From the NCBI GenBank assembly GCA_001825035.1, contig MHUO01000004.1, positions 155,476 to 219,475 on the forward strand: DNA of 64,000 nt, written 5' to 3'. Under the pieces are notes generated by a model. It was not told where the DNA came from and did not search any database. It worked only from the letters and a program-made list of their open reading frames with translations. Below, piece after piece: positions 10,026 to 19,721 of this stretch; within the stretch, counting starts at the first letter, position 1, and every line of letters starts with the position of its first letter. The translations under genes were made by a program, and so were the position numbers. Source of the DNA: Candidatus Wildermuthbacteria bacterium RIFOXYD1_FULL_50_12 (GTDB taxonomy: Bacteria > Patescibacteriota > Minisyncoccia > Minisyncoccales > UBA10102).

Positions 10026-10592
10026 ATGAAAGAAATAATCAAAAGCCACATAGAGGCCCATATTGATACGGTACGTAAGTTTGTAAATGAGATGCCCGAC
10101 ATTGAAGGCGTGGCTGTGCTTTGCGTGGAAGCTTTACGATCGGGAAACAAGGTTTTGGTGGTGGGCAATGGCGGCTCCGTGGCAGATGCCCACCACTTTG
10201 CAGCAGAACTTGTGGGAAGATTCAGAAAGGAACGAAGAGCTCTGCCAGTTATTGCGCTGGACATAAATCCTTCGGCGATAACTGCCATTTCAAACGATTA
10301 TGCATTTAAGCATGTGTTCGCGAGGCAGGTAGAAGCATTGGCCAGACCAGGCGATGTGTTCTTCGGAATAAGCACTTCTGGCAATTCAGAGAATGTGTTG
10401 GAGGCAATAAAGGCCGCAAGGCAGGCTGGCTGCAAGGTAGTAGGCTTAACAGGGAGGGGAGGGGGAAACATGAAAGAGATATGCGATTTTCTGATTAATA
10501 TCCCCGCAGAAGATACCCCGCGCATTCAGGAAATGCACGCGCTTGTTATTCATATGCTATCGGATTTGATCGAAAGTACGCTGTTTGAATAA
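10026..10592 (+). CDS. gmhA: Phosphoheptose isomerase (SIS domain, GmhA)
   Basis: VLVVGNGGSVADAHHFAAELVGRF matches the GmhA signature. 188 aa, SIS domain only. Confidence 0.75.
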   Translation: MKEIIKSHIEAHIDTVRKFVNEMPDIEGVAVLCVEALRSGNKVLVVGNGGSVADAHHFAAELVGRFRKERRALPVIALDINPSAITAISNDYAFKHVFARQVEALARPGDVFFGISTSGNSENVLEAIKAARQAGCKVVGLTGRGGGNMKEICDFLINIPAEDTPRIQEMHALVIHMLSDLIESTLFE

Positions 10593-10595
10593 GAT

Positions 10596-11900
10596 ATGGC
10601 GAAAGTTCTTTTTCAATCCACAAATCCGCGTCTTCTTCGATCTACCCTTGTTGGATACTTATATGAAATCGCCCAGGAACATCAAGTAGTGCTGCTGGCT
10701 GATGGAATGGACGATTATACGAAGAGTCTGCTTCAGGACAAAGGTTTGTTTCCCGGATTGGCGAATATCATATTTTTCGAATCGCCGTTCGGAAAAAATG
10801 TGGTTCGGAAAAACAGCCGACTGCACGCTATCCTTGCAAAAGCAGTCAACGGGTATAAGCCAGATGTTGTTATCGTCCCAAGTGATTTATGGCCTGCCGA
10901 AATGTATTTGCTTCGACTGGCGAAAAGAGCGCGTGCAGTTACGCTCGCCATGCAGCCTGGGTTTAAAATGGCAGAGCAAAAGCGGCTTCTTTGGTGGGCG
11001 TACCAAAACTCCTGCGCGAGAATGCCGAGCTTTTTGCCGCTTTCGGTAAAGATGCCTATAGCAAAAACAAAAAAATTTCTTGGGTATGCGTTGTATCACT
11101 GGATATTGCCGCTTGCAGCAGGGGAAATGCCATTTGCTGGTAAAGCGAGCTTTATATTCTGGGACGAGAGTTCAGGAAAGCGTGATGCAGATTTTACAGC
11201 AGTTTTCTCAAAAAGAGACCGCGAGCTCTGCATAAAAGATGGAGTGCTGGCAGAAAAGATTTTTGTACTTGGGCATCCTTTAGAGCATACAGGGACAAGG
11301 AAATTTTTTGAAAAAGCCTATTCTGCTCACGGAAAAACACGAGAAGATTCAAAGACCTTAACAATCATGTGGCCAGGCGAGAAGGTCGGGTTTCGAGAAC
11401 AAGACCATTCCCTTATTTCAGAACAGGATATTTGGGGAAGAAGGGTTTCTACTGTAAAGCGTATTGCGGCCCATCTTGGAGACTGGAAAATTTTTATTAA
11501 ACCTCATCCTACGGAAAAAGAAGCTGCGCAAATTAAAGAATCGCTTGAGAGAATTTCGCCGAGTGTTGCAGTTGTGAATTCCTTAGAGCCAGCCGAGAAA
11601 TATATTGAGATGAGCCAATGTATCGTGGGCATTTCGCTGCCAAGCACAACTCTTTTTACCGCGCAGAAACAGTACCCTGGAAAAATCATCCTGTCGCTCA
11701 ACTTAGATAATGAATTTCTAGGGGATAGCTATAAAGATTTTGAGGGTATTGAATATATCGATACGGAAGAGAAGCTCGATGAGACAGTACATGCCATTGG
11801 GAATGAAACATATCGCAAAGAAGGAGAGGGTACCGAAACATTCGATTTTGGGAGCGCTGCAGAATTAGTTAATTATGTGTATGCAAAACGTATATCTTGA
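10596..11900 (+). CDS. Putative GT-B-like glycosyltransferase of the capsule/teichoic HP-motif class (KpsS/TagF-like); function uncertain
   Basis: 434 aa, soluble. IFIKPHP motif recalls the HP motif of beta-Kdo/CDP-glycerol-type transferases. No confident family match from sequence alone. Confidence 0.3.
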   Translation: MAKVLFQSTNPRLLRSTLVGYLYEIAQEHQVVLLADGMDDYTKSLLQDKGLFPGLANIIFFESPFGKNVVRKNSRLHAILAKAVNGYKPDVVIVPSDLWPAEMYLLRLAKRARAVTLAMQPGFKMAEQKRLLWWAYQNSCARMPSFLPLSVKMPIAKTKKFLGYALYHWILPLAAGEMPFAGKASFIFWDESSGKRDADFTAVFSKRDRELCIKDGVLAEKIFVLGHPLEHTGTRKFFEKAYSAHGKTREDSKTLTIMWPGEKVGFREQDHSLISEQDIWGRRVSTVKRIAAHLGDWKIFIKPHPTEKEAAQIKESLERISPSVAVVNSLEPAEKYIEMSQCIVGISLPSTTLFTAQKQYPGKIILSLNLDNEFLGDSYKDFEGIEYIDTEEKLDETVHAIGNETYRKEGEGTETFDFGSAAELVNYVYAKRIS

Positions 11901-12900
11901 TCCAAATTCATACGTGCATCTGCAGAATGTGTTGTTTGAAAGAAGTGATAGATATAATACAAACAACTGCCGCGAGCCAGTTATCTTTTTGAGCGAATAC
12001 TGCTCAAAGCGGGGAATTAATCTGCAGACAATTGATTTCTGGGATCGCGAAAAGGCAAGTGCGCAAGACATATATGTTTCTTTCGATCACAAGTTTTTCT
12101 TGCGAAAATGGTACTGGCGCAAAAGAAATCCTCAATACCCTCGAGTAGATCTCGCGAAATTCAAAAAGCGAATACTGTTTCATTTTGAGCCGCCCACTGT
12201 AATGGCCGAGATTCGCTATATTGCAAAGAGCGCCATGCGCGCATACGACAAAGCTTTCTTTACATGGAAAATCCCAGGCACAAACGCCCAATATTTTCAT
12301 ACTCCACAAGCACACGAGGGTTTGTTCTTTGAATATTGGCAAAATGAAAACCGCGCGTTTCTTACTCTTATCAATTCAAACCGGAGCTCCTTGTCACGCT
12401 ACAAAGAACTGCTTACAGAGCGAGTTCGGGCGATTCTGTTTTTTGGCAAAACGCATGACATAGATTTGTACGGCTTTGGATGGGATGCCCGCCCCCTTTT
12501 CCCGTATTGGTTTTCCGGAGATGCAATACGAAAAACCTATAAGGGTTCGGTGGAGGATAAGTACAAAACATTAAGCCAATATACATTTGCGTTTGCTGTC
12601 GAAAACTGCGAGCTTCCAGGATATATCACCGACAAAGTATTTGACTGCTTCTACGCAGGGACAATCCCTCTGTATTTAGGGGCGCCCGATATTGAAGAAT
12701 ATATCCCGAAAGATTGTTTTATTGATATGCGAGATTTCAGAAACTACGAAGAGCTGCGGAAGTTTTTAAAACAGCTATCGCAGGAAGAGATAAAAACATA
12801 TAAAGAAAACGGTCGTCGTTTCTTGGAGTCAGAGCACTATAAGCCTTTTACCAAAGAACATTTTGCGCGGCTGTTCGTGGAAGCTTGCCAAGACGCATAA
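11875..12900 (+). CDS. Glycosyltransferase family 10 (alpha-1,3-fucosyltransferase-like) protein
   Basis: C-terminal FAFAVENCELPGYITDKVFDCFYAGTIPLYLGAPDIEEYIPKDCFIDMRDF aligns closely with the FutA motif FCFENS..GYVTEKILDAY...IPIYWGSP...FNPKSFVNVHDF. Confidence 0.6.
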   Translation: MCMQNVYLDPNSYVHLQNVLFERSDRYNTNNCREPVIFLSEYCSKRGINLQTIDFWDREKASAQDIYVSFDHKFFLRKWYWRKRNPQYPRVDLAKFKKRILFHFEPPTVMAEIRYIAKSAMRAYDKAFFTWKIPGTNAQYFHTPQAHEGLFFEYWQNENRAFLTLINSNRSSLSRYKELLTERVRAILFFGKTHDIDLYGFGWDARPLFPYWFSGDAIRKTYKGSVEDKYKTLSQYTFAFAVENCELPGYITDKVFDCFYAGTIPLYLGAPDIEEYIPKDCFIDMRDFRNYEELRKFLKQLSQEEIKTYKENGRRFLESEHYKPFTKEHFARLFVEACQDA

Positions 12901-12913
12901 GCTGGCGCCATTT

Positions 12914-13714
12914 ATGGAAACATCTCAAAAAAATACTATTCCGGTCGTTATCCTCTGCGGAGGTATGGGTACGCGCCTCAAGGAAGAAACTGAGTTTAAG
13001 CCAAAGCCAATGGTGGAAATAGGAGGGAGGCCCATTCTGTGGCATATTATGAAAATATATGCTCATTATGGATTTTACGATTTTGTGTTGGCGCTTGGGT
13101 ATAAAGGGGATTCCATTCGCGATTACTTTTTGAAACATCGGTATTACGAATCGGATTTTGCGGTTGAAACTGGCGGGCTAAGGAAGATTGAGTTTTTAAG
13201 CAACGGTAAGCTAGAGCAAGACAATTTTCGTATTATCTTTGCCGAAACCGGCTTGGAAACGCCGCATGGAGAGCGCGTATTGATACTGCAAAAATATCTC
13301 AAAGACAGCGACTTGTTTATGGTAACCTACGGGGATGGTGTGGCAGATATTAATATTGAAAAACTGGTTGCCTTCCATAAGGCGCATGGGAAGATCGCAA
13401 CCATTACGGGCGTACACCCTATCTCGCGGTGGGGGCTCGTAAATGCCAATGAAGACGGTACAGTAACAACATTGGATCAAAAGCCAATGCTCTATGATTA
13501 CGTGAATGGCGGTTTTATGGTGTTCGACAAACGATTCTTCGAATTTTTGAAGCCAGGCGACATGATTGAAGACTCTTTGGCGCGGCTTATTCCGCAGCAG
13601 CAATTGGCCCTCTTTAAACACGAAGGGTTTTGGTATGGCATGGACACGTATCGCGATTTTTTGGTGTTGAACGAGCTTTGGGCAAAAGATCCAAAATGGA
13701 AAGTATGGAAATAA
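12914..13714 (+). CDS. rfbF: Glucose-1-phosphate cytidylyltransferase (RfbF/DdhA)
   Basis: IPVVILCGGMGTRLKEETEFKPKPMVEIGGRPILWHIMKIYAHYGFYDFVLALGYKGDSI is nearly diagnostic of RfbF. Internal ATG 12914; the track ORF starts at 12863. Confidence 0.8.
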   Translation: METSQKNTIPVVILCGGMGTRLKEETEFKPKPMVEIGGRPILWHIMKIYAHYGFYDFVLALGYKGDSIRDYFLKHRYYESDFAVETGGLRKIEFLSNGKLEQDNFRIIFAETGLETPHGERVLILQKYLKDSDLFMVTYGDGVADINIEKLVAFHKAHGKIATITGVHPISRWGLVNANEDGTVTTLDQKPMLYDYVNGGFMVFDKRFFEFLKPGDMIEDSLARLIPQQQLALFKHEGFWYGMDTYRDFLVLNELWAKDPKWKVWK

Positions 13715-13763
13715 ATCCCGTTAGAAATGCGATTGTCATACGCTATAAACGGGACACAAAAAC

Positions 13764-14747
13764 ATGATGCAAGGGAATATTTCTAACGGGATAAATCTCA
13801 AAGGCAAAACAGTTTTGGTCACTGGAGGCGCGGGGTTTATCGGCAGCCATGTGGTGGATCGGCTTGTTGAAGAAGGCGCCCGCGTTGTTGTGTTGGACAA
13901 TTTGTCTTCCGGAAGCAAGGAAAACCTGAATTCCAAAGCCGTGTTCTATCAGGCAGATGTGAAAGACATGCAGGAGGTGCGAGGTATAATCCAAAAGGAA
14001 GCGCCCTCGGCAGTTTTCCATTTGGCTGCCCAACCTCTTGTGGAGACCGCGTACGAAAACCCTTTAGAGACGCTCGAGGTGAATTTTATGGGTACTGTGC
14101 ATGTGCTGGAAGCTTGCAGACTAAATGGAAATCTCGAAGCAATTGTTGTGGTTTCTTCAGATAAGGCATACGGCAAATCGAAAACATTGCCTTACGCAGA
14201 AGATATGCCGGTCGGGGGAGACCACCCGTACGAAGTTTCAAAGGCGGCCGGCGATCTGACGGCCCAGAGTTATTTTAAAACTTATGGAATGCCAGTGGCT
14301 ATTGCGAGATTCGGCAATACCTTTGGGCCGCGCGACCGGAATTGGGGGAGAATTATTCCAGATTGTTTCCAGGCCATTTTGAAGAATAAAGAGCTGGTTA
14401 TACGGAGCGACGGGAAAATGGTGCGGGAGTATGTGTATGCAAAAGACGTGGCAGAAGCATGCTTCAGGCTTGCTCAGCACATTGAGAGTAGTAAGGGAGG
14501 GGCGTTCAATTTTGGAAGCGACAATATCTTAAACGTGCTTGAGGTTGTGCAGGAGATAGAAAAGATATTGGAAGTAAAAATTCCTTATAAAATATTGAAC
14601 ACCGCCAAGAACGAAATCCCCAAGCAGTATTTGGATTGGAGCAAAGCAAAACGCATGCTCGCCTGGCAGCCAAAGTATACCTTCGCCCAAGGCATCCGCG
14701 AATCCTTTGAGTGGTATAAAGAGAATATGATGCACTTTGAAAAATAA
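13764..14747 (+). CDS. rfbG: CDP-glucose 4,6-dehydratase (RfbG/DdhB)-like NAD-dependent dehydratase
   Basis: FHLAAQPLVETAYENPLETLEVNFMGTVHVLE, VVVSSDKAYG and GGDHPYEVSKAAGD align with Salmonella RfbG motifs (FHMAAQPLVRLSYEQPIETY..., ITSDKCY, YSNSKGCAEL). GxxGxxG N-terminus. Confidence 0.7.
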   Translation: MMQGNISNGINLKGKTVLVTGGAGFIGSHVVDRLVEEGARVVVLDNLSSGSKENLNSKAVFYQADVKDMQEVRGIIQKEAPSAVFHLAAQPLVETAYENPLETLEVNFMGTVHVLEACRLNGNLEAIVVVSSDKAYGKSKTLPYAEDMPVGGDHPYEVSKAAGDLTAQSYFKTYGMPVAIARFGNTFGPRDRNWGRIIPDCFQAILKNKELVIRSDGKMVREYVYAKDVAEACFRLAQHIESSKGGAFNFGSDNILNVLEVVQEIEKILEVKIPYKILNTAKNEIPKQYLDWSKAKRMLAWQPKYTFAQGIRESFEWYKENMMHFEK

Positions 14748-14854
14748 AAGAACCCACCTGAAGCTTTGGAAAGCTAAAGGTGGGCTTGGGAGGCGAGGCG
14801 GCATAGAGAAAATGTCAAGTAGAAAAGATGGGTATTGTATGATATAAAGTTCCT

Positions 14855-15550
14855 ATGGACAAGTCCTTGATGACAAATGAAAATACAGAATTTCGCAGCA
14901 AGGTTTTGTCGACGTTGAGAGCTCTTAAGTTTGACAGGGGCAGCAAGCTGATGATTCCGATTTATAACAAAGAGGAAGTGGTAGCTCATTTGGTGCCATT
15001 GACCGCGGATTTTACCAACGAAGAGGTGAAGCTTCTTGCCGAATGGCGGGAAGCAAACGCCCAATGGTTCCCTTCGCAATTTAAAGTTACAGAAGAAGGA
15101 ACAAAAAAGTGGGTGCAAGCCCAAGTGATTGAAGCTGAAGACCGGATCTTGTTTTGGATTCAAGCTTTAGACGGTTCTTTGCTCGGTCACATAGGTCTTT
15201 ACCGATTCGATTTTGAAGACCGTTCATGCGAGATTGACAACGTCATGAGAGGAAAGCAAGATGCAATGCCGGGGATTATGACCATGGCGCTTAAGAGTTT
15301 ATTGCACTGGTCATTCACTACCTTAGAGCTTCAAGCTCTTACGTTGCGGGTATTTTCTGATAACGAAAGAGCAATAGTTTTGTATCAACGGTGCGGGTTT
15401 GAAAAGGTAAGAGATATACCACTCAAGAAAGTGGTGAGCGAAACCATGACCCAGTGGGTGGAGAGCGAAAACGGCTCTGAAGAAAAAGTCGAACGATATT
15501 TTAGACAGTTTCGCATAACAAAACTAAAGTACGATACGCAGAACAAATAA
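14855..15550 (+). CDS. GNAT-family N-acetyltransferase (possible sugar N-acetyltransferase, PseH-like role)
   Basis: LGHIGLYRFDFEDRSCEIDNVMRG...RAIVLYQRCGFEKV has the GNAT fold signature. Confidence 0.5.
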   Translation: MDKSLMTNENTEFRSKVLSTLRALKFDRGSKLMIPIYNKEEVVAHLVPLTADFTNEEVKLLAEWREANAQWFPSQFKVTEEGTKKWVQAQVIEAEDRILFWIQALDGSLLGHIGLYRFDFEDRSCEIDNVMRGKQDAMPGIMTMALKSLLHWSFTTLELQALTLRVFSDNERAIVLYQRCGFEKVRDIPLKKVVSETMTQWVESENGSEEKVERYFRQFRITKLKYDTQNK

Positions 15551-15560
15551 AAATAAATAT

Positions 15561-16682
15561 ATGAACGAGAAACACATCATAGACAAAATGATACTTACTG
15601 CTGGGCCATCTATAACCCAGAAAGAAATTGATTATGTTATGGACGCCGTGAAAAACGGCTGGTATGAGAATTGGAACGGCTACCTCAAAAAGTTTGAGCA
15701 AAAATTTGCTGAATACGTGGGAACAAAATATGCCATAGCCACGTCTTCTTGCACGGGAGCTATGCATATAGCGTTGGCAGCCTTGCGCGTAGGAAGGGGC
15801 GATGAAATTATTGTTCCTGAAACAACCTGGGGGGGGACGGCTGCTGTCGTAACGTATGTGGGCGCCACGCCTGTTTTTGTGGATATTGAAAGAGATACGT
15901 GGACCATGGATCCTGAAAGCTTAAAAAAGGCGATAACTCCGAAAACAAAAGGGATCCTTTCTGTGCATTTATATGGCCATCCCGCCAATATGGACGAAAT
16001 CACACGCATCGCGAAAGAGCATGGCCTCTTTATCTTGGAAGACGCGGCTCCCTCTATTGGTTCAGAATACAAGGGCAGGAAGACAGGAAGCTTGGGAGAC
16101 GCGGCGGCCTTTAGTTTTCAAGGAGCAAAATTATTGGTTACGGGAGAAGGAGGAATGCTGGTAACAAGCGATGAGAATATATATGAACGAGCATGTTTCT
16201 TGGCTGATCAGGGCAGAGATTCTCATAGGCAATTTTACATAAATGAAATCTCGTATAAATACAAGATGTCTAACATTCAAGCTGCTCTCGGTTTGGCGCA
16301 GCTGGAAAGGATAAACGAGCTGCTGGAGAAGAAAAGGCGTATTTATGAATGGTATACATCCAGTCTTGGAGGGAAGAAAGGCATTACCTTAAGTGCGGAG
16401 AAAGACTGGGCCAAAACCAATCACTGGATGTCTTCTATACTTTTAGAAGATACCGTTCAAATCGACAGGGAAGAATTGAGGGCAAAATTGAAAGAGAGAA
16501 ATATAGATACACGGCCTATTTTCCCTCCGATAAGCAACTTTCCTATGTTTACAAAGGGTAAGAACCCGGTTGCTGAATTTGTGGGGCAGAGAGGGATTAA
16601 TCTTCCGAGCCCAATGACCTTAACCAAAGAACAGGCAGATTATGTCGCAGAGAATGTGCTGGATTTAACTGGAGTTTCGTAA
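15561..16682 (+). CDS. DegT/DnrJ/EryC1/StrS-family PLP-dependent sugar aminotransferase
   Basis: Family-typical N-terminus with ATSSCTGAMHIALAAL. Active-site Lys region FSFQGAKLLVTGEGG. Confidence 0.8.
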   Translation: MNEKHIIDKMILTAGPSITQKEIDYVMDAVKNGWYENWNGYLKKFEQKFAEYVGTKYAIATSSCTGAMHIALAALRVGRGDEIIVPETTWGGTAAVVTYVGATPVFVDIERDTWTMDPESLKKAITPKTKGILSVHLYGHPANMDEITRIAKEHGLFILEDAAPSIGSEYKGRKTGSLGDAAAFSFQGAKLLVTGEGGMLVTSDENIYERACFLADQGRDSHRQFYINEISYKYKMSNIQAALGLAQLERINELLEKKRRIYEWYTSSLGGKKGITLSAEKDWAKTNHWMSSILLEDTVQIDREELRAKLKERNIDTRPIFPPISNFPMFTKGKNPVAEFVGQRGINLPSPMTLTKEQADYVAENVLDLTGVS

Positions 16683-17486
16683 ATGGATTATAGCAGTTTG
16701 GCAAAACAGATCCGGCAGAATATCGTGCGTATGGCTTTTTTGGCCAAAAATTCTCATGTGGCTTGTGCCTTGTCGTGCGCCGATATTCTTACGGTCTTGT
16801 ATTTCGGCATCTTATCAATAGATCCGAAAAATCCTCAGGGGCCGCGCGACCGGTCTATTCTAAGCAAAGGGCACGCGGCATCGGCTTTGTACGCTACGCT
16901 CGCCCAGCGAGGATTTTTCCCTGCGGAGGTTCTTGATTCCTATTGTAAAGATGGAGGAATGCTGCCGGGACATTGCACAAAGGACTGTGTGCCTGGCGTT
17001 GAAGTTTCCACAGGATCTCTTGGCCACGGCTTGTCTATTGGAGCCGGCATGGCGCTTGCTGAAAAGAGGGGCAATGGAAAGGAGCGAGTATTTGTGCTTT
17101 TGAGCGATGGAGAATGTGACGAAGGTGCCTTGTGGGAAGCGGCACTCTTTGCCAGCCATCATGAGCTGGACAATCTTGTTGCTATTGTAGACTACAATAA
17201 GTTTCAGGGCTTTGGAAAAACAAGCGATATTTTGAACTTGGAACCTTTCCAGGAAAAGTGGGAAGGCTTTGGCTGGGCTGTAGTAAGCGTAGACGGGCAT
17301 AACTATGAGGAACTCGAGCGAGCGCTGAAAGCTATTCCGCAAGAGCAGAGGAAACCCACAGTGCTTGTGGCGCATACCATAAACGGGAAGGGAGTATCGT
17401 ATATGGAAAATAAGTTAGAGTGGCACTATAAATCGCCAAACGAAGAACAATATCAGCAGGCGCTAGAAGAAATTCGATCTCTATGA
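16683..17486 (+). CDS. Transketolase, N-terminal (ThDP-binding PP domain) subunit
   Basis: SKGHAASALYATLAQRGFF and GSLGHGLSIGAGMALA...LLSDGECDEGALWEAALFASHHELDNLVAIVDYNK are split-Tkt N-subunit motifs. Confidence 0.8.
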   Translation: MDYSSLAKQIRQNIVRMAFLAKNSHVACALSCADILTVLYFGILSIDPKNPQGPRDRSILSKGHAASALYATLAQRGFFPAEVLDSYCKDGGMLPGHCTKDCVPGVEVSTGSLGHGLSIGAGMALAEKRGNGKERVFVLLSDGECDEGALWEAALFASHHELDNLVAIVDYNKFQGFGKTSDILNLEPFQEKWEGFGWAVVSVDGHNYEELERALKAIPQEQRKPTVLVAHTINGKGVSYMENKLEWHYKSPNEEQYQQALEEIRSL

Positions 17487-18412
17487 GAAAAGCGTTTTGC
17501 GACAGTTTACTTGAAACGGCAGAAAAAGACGAAAGTGTTATTCTTATTACCAACGATTTGGGGTTTTCTGTGTTGGAGCCGTTTGAACAAAAATTTGCCA
17601 AACGCTTTTTGAACGTGGGAGTCGCAGAACAGAATATGATTGGTGTCGCGGCAGGGCTTGCGCTTTCAGCGAAAAAAGTTTTCGTGTATTCCATTGTGCC
17701 TTTTGTTACCATGCGCTGTTTTGAGCAGATTCGAAATGATATATGTTCTGCAAATTTGCCCGTTGTATTGGTTGGAGTGGGAGGCGGCTTATCATACGGC
17801 ACCGCAGGTCTTACCCACCATTCTTTAAACGACATTGCGATTATGAGAAGTCTGCCAAATATGGAGGTTTTTTGTCCGGGAGATCCTGCAGAAACGCGGG
17901 CAGTTATGGCGTATCTTGCTATATCGCAAAACCCTGCATATCTGCGTATTGGGAAAGGAAATGATCCTATGGTGTATGAGAAGACACCTGATTTTACGCC
18001 TGGAAAGGCAATTCTTCTGCAGGATGGGAGCGATATTAGCATTTTCGCAACGGGGAATATTTTATGGAATGCGAGAGAAGCTGCAAAGATTCTCGGCCAA
18101 ACTGGGTTGAGTGTGCGTTTGCTCAGCATGCCAAGCGTGAAACCCATTGATGAAGAGGCAATACACAAAGCGTCGCGAGAGACGAAGGCCATTTTCTCTA
18201 TTGAAGAACACAGTATTATCGGCGGGTTAGGAGGGGCAGTTGCCGAAACGGTGGCAGAGTATAAAGATGCAAAGCCGTTTTTTGCGCGTATTGGATTTCC
18301 GGACAGCTTTTGCAAAGAGGTTGGGAGCCAGGAATATCTGCGGCAAGCATACGGATTATCAGCGCAAGCGATAGCAGAACGCGTCCAGAACCTTATAAAG
18401 GGTATTCTATGA
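17483..18412 (+). CDS. Transketolase, C-terminal (Pyr + C-terminal domain) subunit
   Basis: FLNVGVAEQNMIGVAAGLALSAKKVFVYSIVPF and LPVVLVGVGGGLSYGTAGLTHHSLNDIAIMRSLPNM. Full length, 309 aa. Confidence 0.8.
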   Translation: MRKAFCDSLLETAEKDESVILITNDLGFSVLEPFEQKFAKRFLNVGVAEQNMIGVAAGLALSAKKVFVYSIVPFVTMRCFEQIRNDICSANLPVVLVGVGGGLSYGTAGLTHHSLNDIAIMRSLPNMEVFCPGDPAETRAVMAYLAISQNPAYLRIGKGNDPMVYEKTPDFTPGKAILLQDGSDISIFATGNILWNAREAAKILGQTGLSVRLLSMPSVKPIDEEAIHKASRETKAIFSIEEHSIIGGLGGAVAETVAEYKDAKPFFARIGFPDSFCKEVGSQEYLRQAYGLSAQAIAERVQNLIKGIL

Positions 18413-19710
18413 AAACAGAGAAACAATTGCGAAAAGAAATTTTAAATCTGACAAAAGAATTTTATCGGGCGCGAAAACAGCAAGAGCCGTTTATCCCCGG
18501 GGAAACGCAGATTAGCTATGGTGGTCGCGTGTACAACGAAAAAGAAATGATGAATTTGGTAGATGCTGCTTTGGATTTTTGGCTTTCCATGGGCAGATTT
18601 GCAGAGCAATTCGAAAAAGAATTTGCCTCGTTCCTCGGAGTAAAGTATTGTTTACTCACAAATTCTGGGTCTTCTGCAAACCTGCTTGCTGTTTCGGCGC
18701 TCACTTCTCCAAAACTGGGGGAAAGGCGGCTGAAGCCGGGTGATGAAGTTATCACCACTGCGTGCGGATTTCCTACCACACTCAATCCCATTGTGCAGAA
18801 TAATCTTGTTCCTGTTTTTCTCGATGTTGAGCTCGACACGTATAATATTAAGGTTGGAGATATTGAAAAGGCGCTTTCTCCAAAAACAAAGGCAATTTTT
18901 GTGGCTCACGGTCTTGGCAATCCCGCGAACCTTCGGGAGCTTGGGCGTATCGCAAAGAAATATAATCTATGGCTTATTGAAGACAATTGCGATGCCGTAG
19001 GATCGAAGTATCAGGGAAAGTACACGGGAACCTTTGGCGATATTGCTACCTGCAGTTTTTACGCAAGCCACCATATGACTATGGGGGAAGGAGGCGCGGT
19101 GCTCACGAGCAACGGAACACTCAAGAAGATTATTGCTTCTTTTCGAGATTGGGGCAGGGAGTTCGACGAACCTGGAATGCAAACCGACCGGTTTTCCTCG
19201 AAAGTGGGAGAATTGCCTTTCGGATACGATCGCAGGTACATCTTTTCCCATATCGGATACAATCTAAAGATTACTGATCTACAGCCTGCTATTGGTTTGG
19301 CGCAGCTCGAAAAGCTGCCCTCGTTTATAGAAGCACGGAAAAAGAATTTTGCCGCGCTTAAAAAAGCTCTTGAGCCCTATAGCGGGTTTCTTGCTTTTCC
19401 CCGGCAAGAAAAAGAGGCAGATCCCTGCTGGTTTGGCTTTCCGATGCTTGTAAAGCAGACTGCTCCTTTCACCAGAAAAGAAATGGTGGAGTTTTTGGAA
19501 GAGCGGAAAGTCATGACGCGTATGTTCTTGGGCGGCAATCTTTTAAAGCAGCCCGCGTACAAAGACATACAATATCGGGTTTTCGATTCTCTAAGCAACA
19601 CCGATTCGATTATGGAGCATTTGCTGTGGATTGGCGTCTATCCTGGCATCACGAAAGAAAAAATGCGCTATATGACTGGCGTACTGCTGGGGTTTTTTGG
19701 AGCCGTATAG
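18409..19710 (+). CDS. rfbH: CDP-6-deoxy-D-xylo-4-hexulose 3-dehydrase (E1, RfbH/DdhC), PMP-dependent
   Basis: FEKEFASFLGVKYCLLTNSGSSANLLAV is the RfbH signature. Internal ATG 18409 overlaps the tktC stop (ATGA). Confidence 0.75.
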   Translation: MKTEKQLRKEILNLTKEFYRARKQQEPFIPGETQISYGGRVYNEKEMMNLVDAALDFWLSMGRFAEQFEKEFASFLGVKYCLLTNSGSSANLLAVSALTSPKLGERRLKPGDEVITTACGFPTTLNPIVQNNLVPVFLDVELDTYNIKVGDIEKALSPKTKAIFVAHGLGNPANLRELGRIAKKYNLWLIEDNCDAVGSKYQGKYTGTFGDIATCSFYASHHMTMGEGGAVLTSNGTLKKIIASFRDWGREFDEPGMQTDRFSSKVGELPFGYDRRYIFSHIGYNLKITDLQPAIGLAQLEKLPSFIEARKKNFAALKKALEPYSGFLAFPRQEKEADPCWFGFPMLVKQTAPFTRKEMVEFLEERKVMTRMFLGGNLLKQPAYKDIQYRVFDSLSNTDSIMEHLLWIGVYPGITKEKMRYMTGVLLGFFGAV

Positions 19711-19721
19711 AGATAAGATGC

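Noticed and set aside
14756-14792. Nested hairpin CCCACCU...AGGUGGG after rfbG
   Set aside because: No U-tract follows and the downstream GNAT gene is co-directional. More likely an incidental structure than a terminator.
17332-18426. 364-aa ORF on the minus strand
   Set aside because: It lies entirely antisense to the well-supported transketolase C-subunit gene, has no recognisable motifs and shows a typical shadow-ORF composition.
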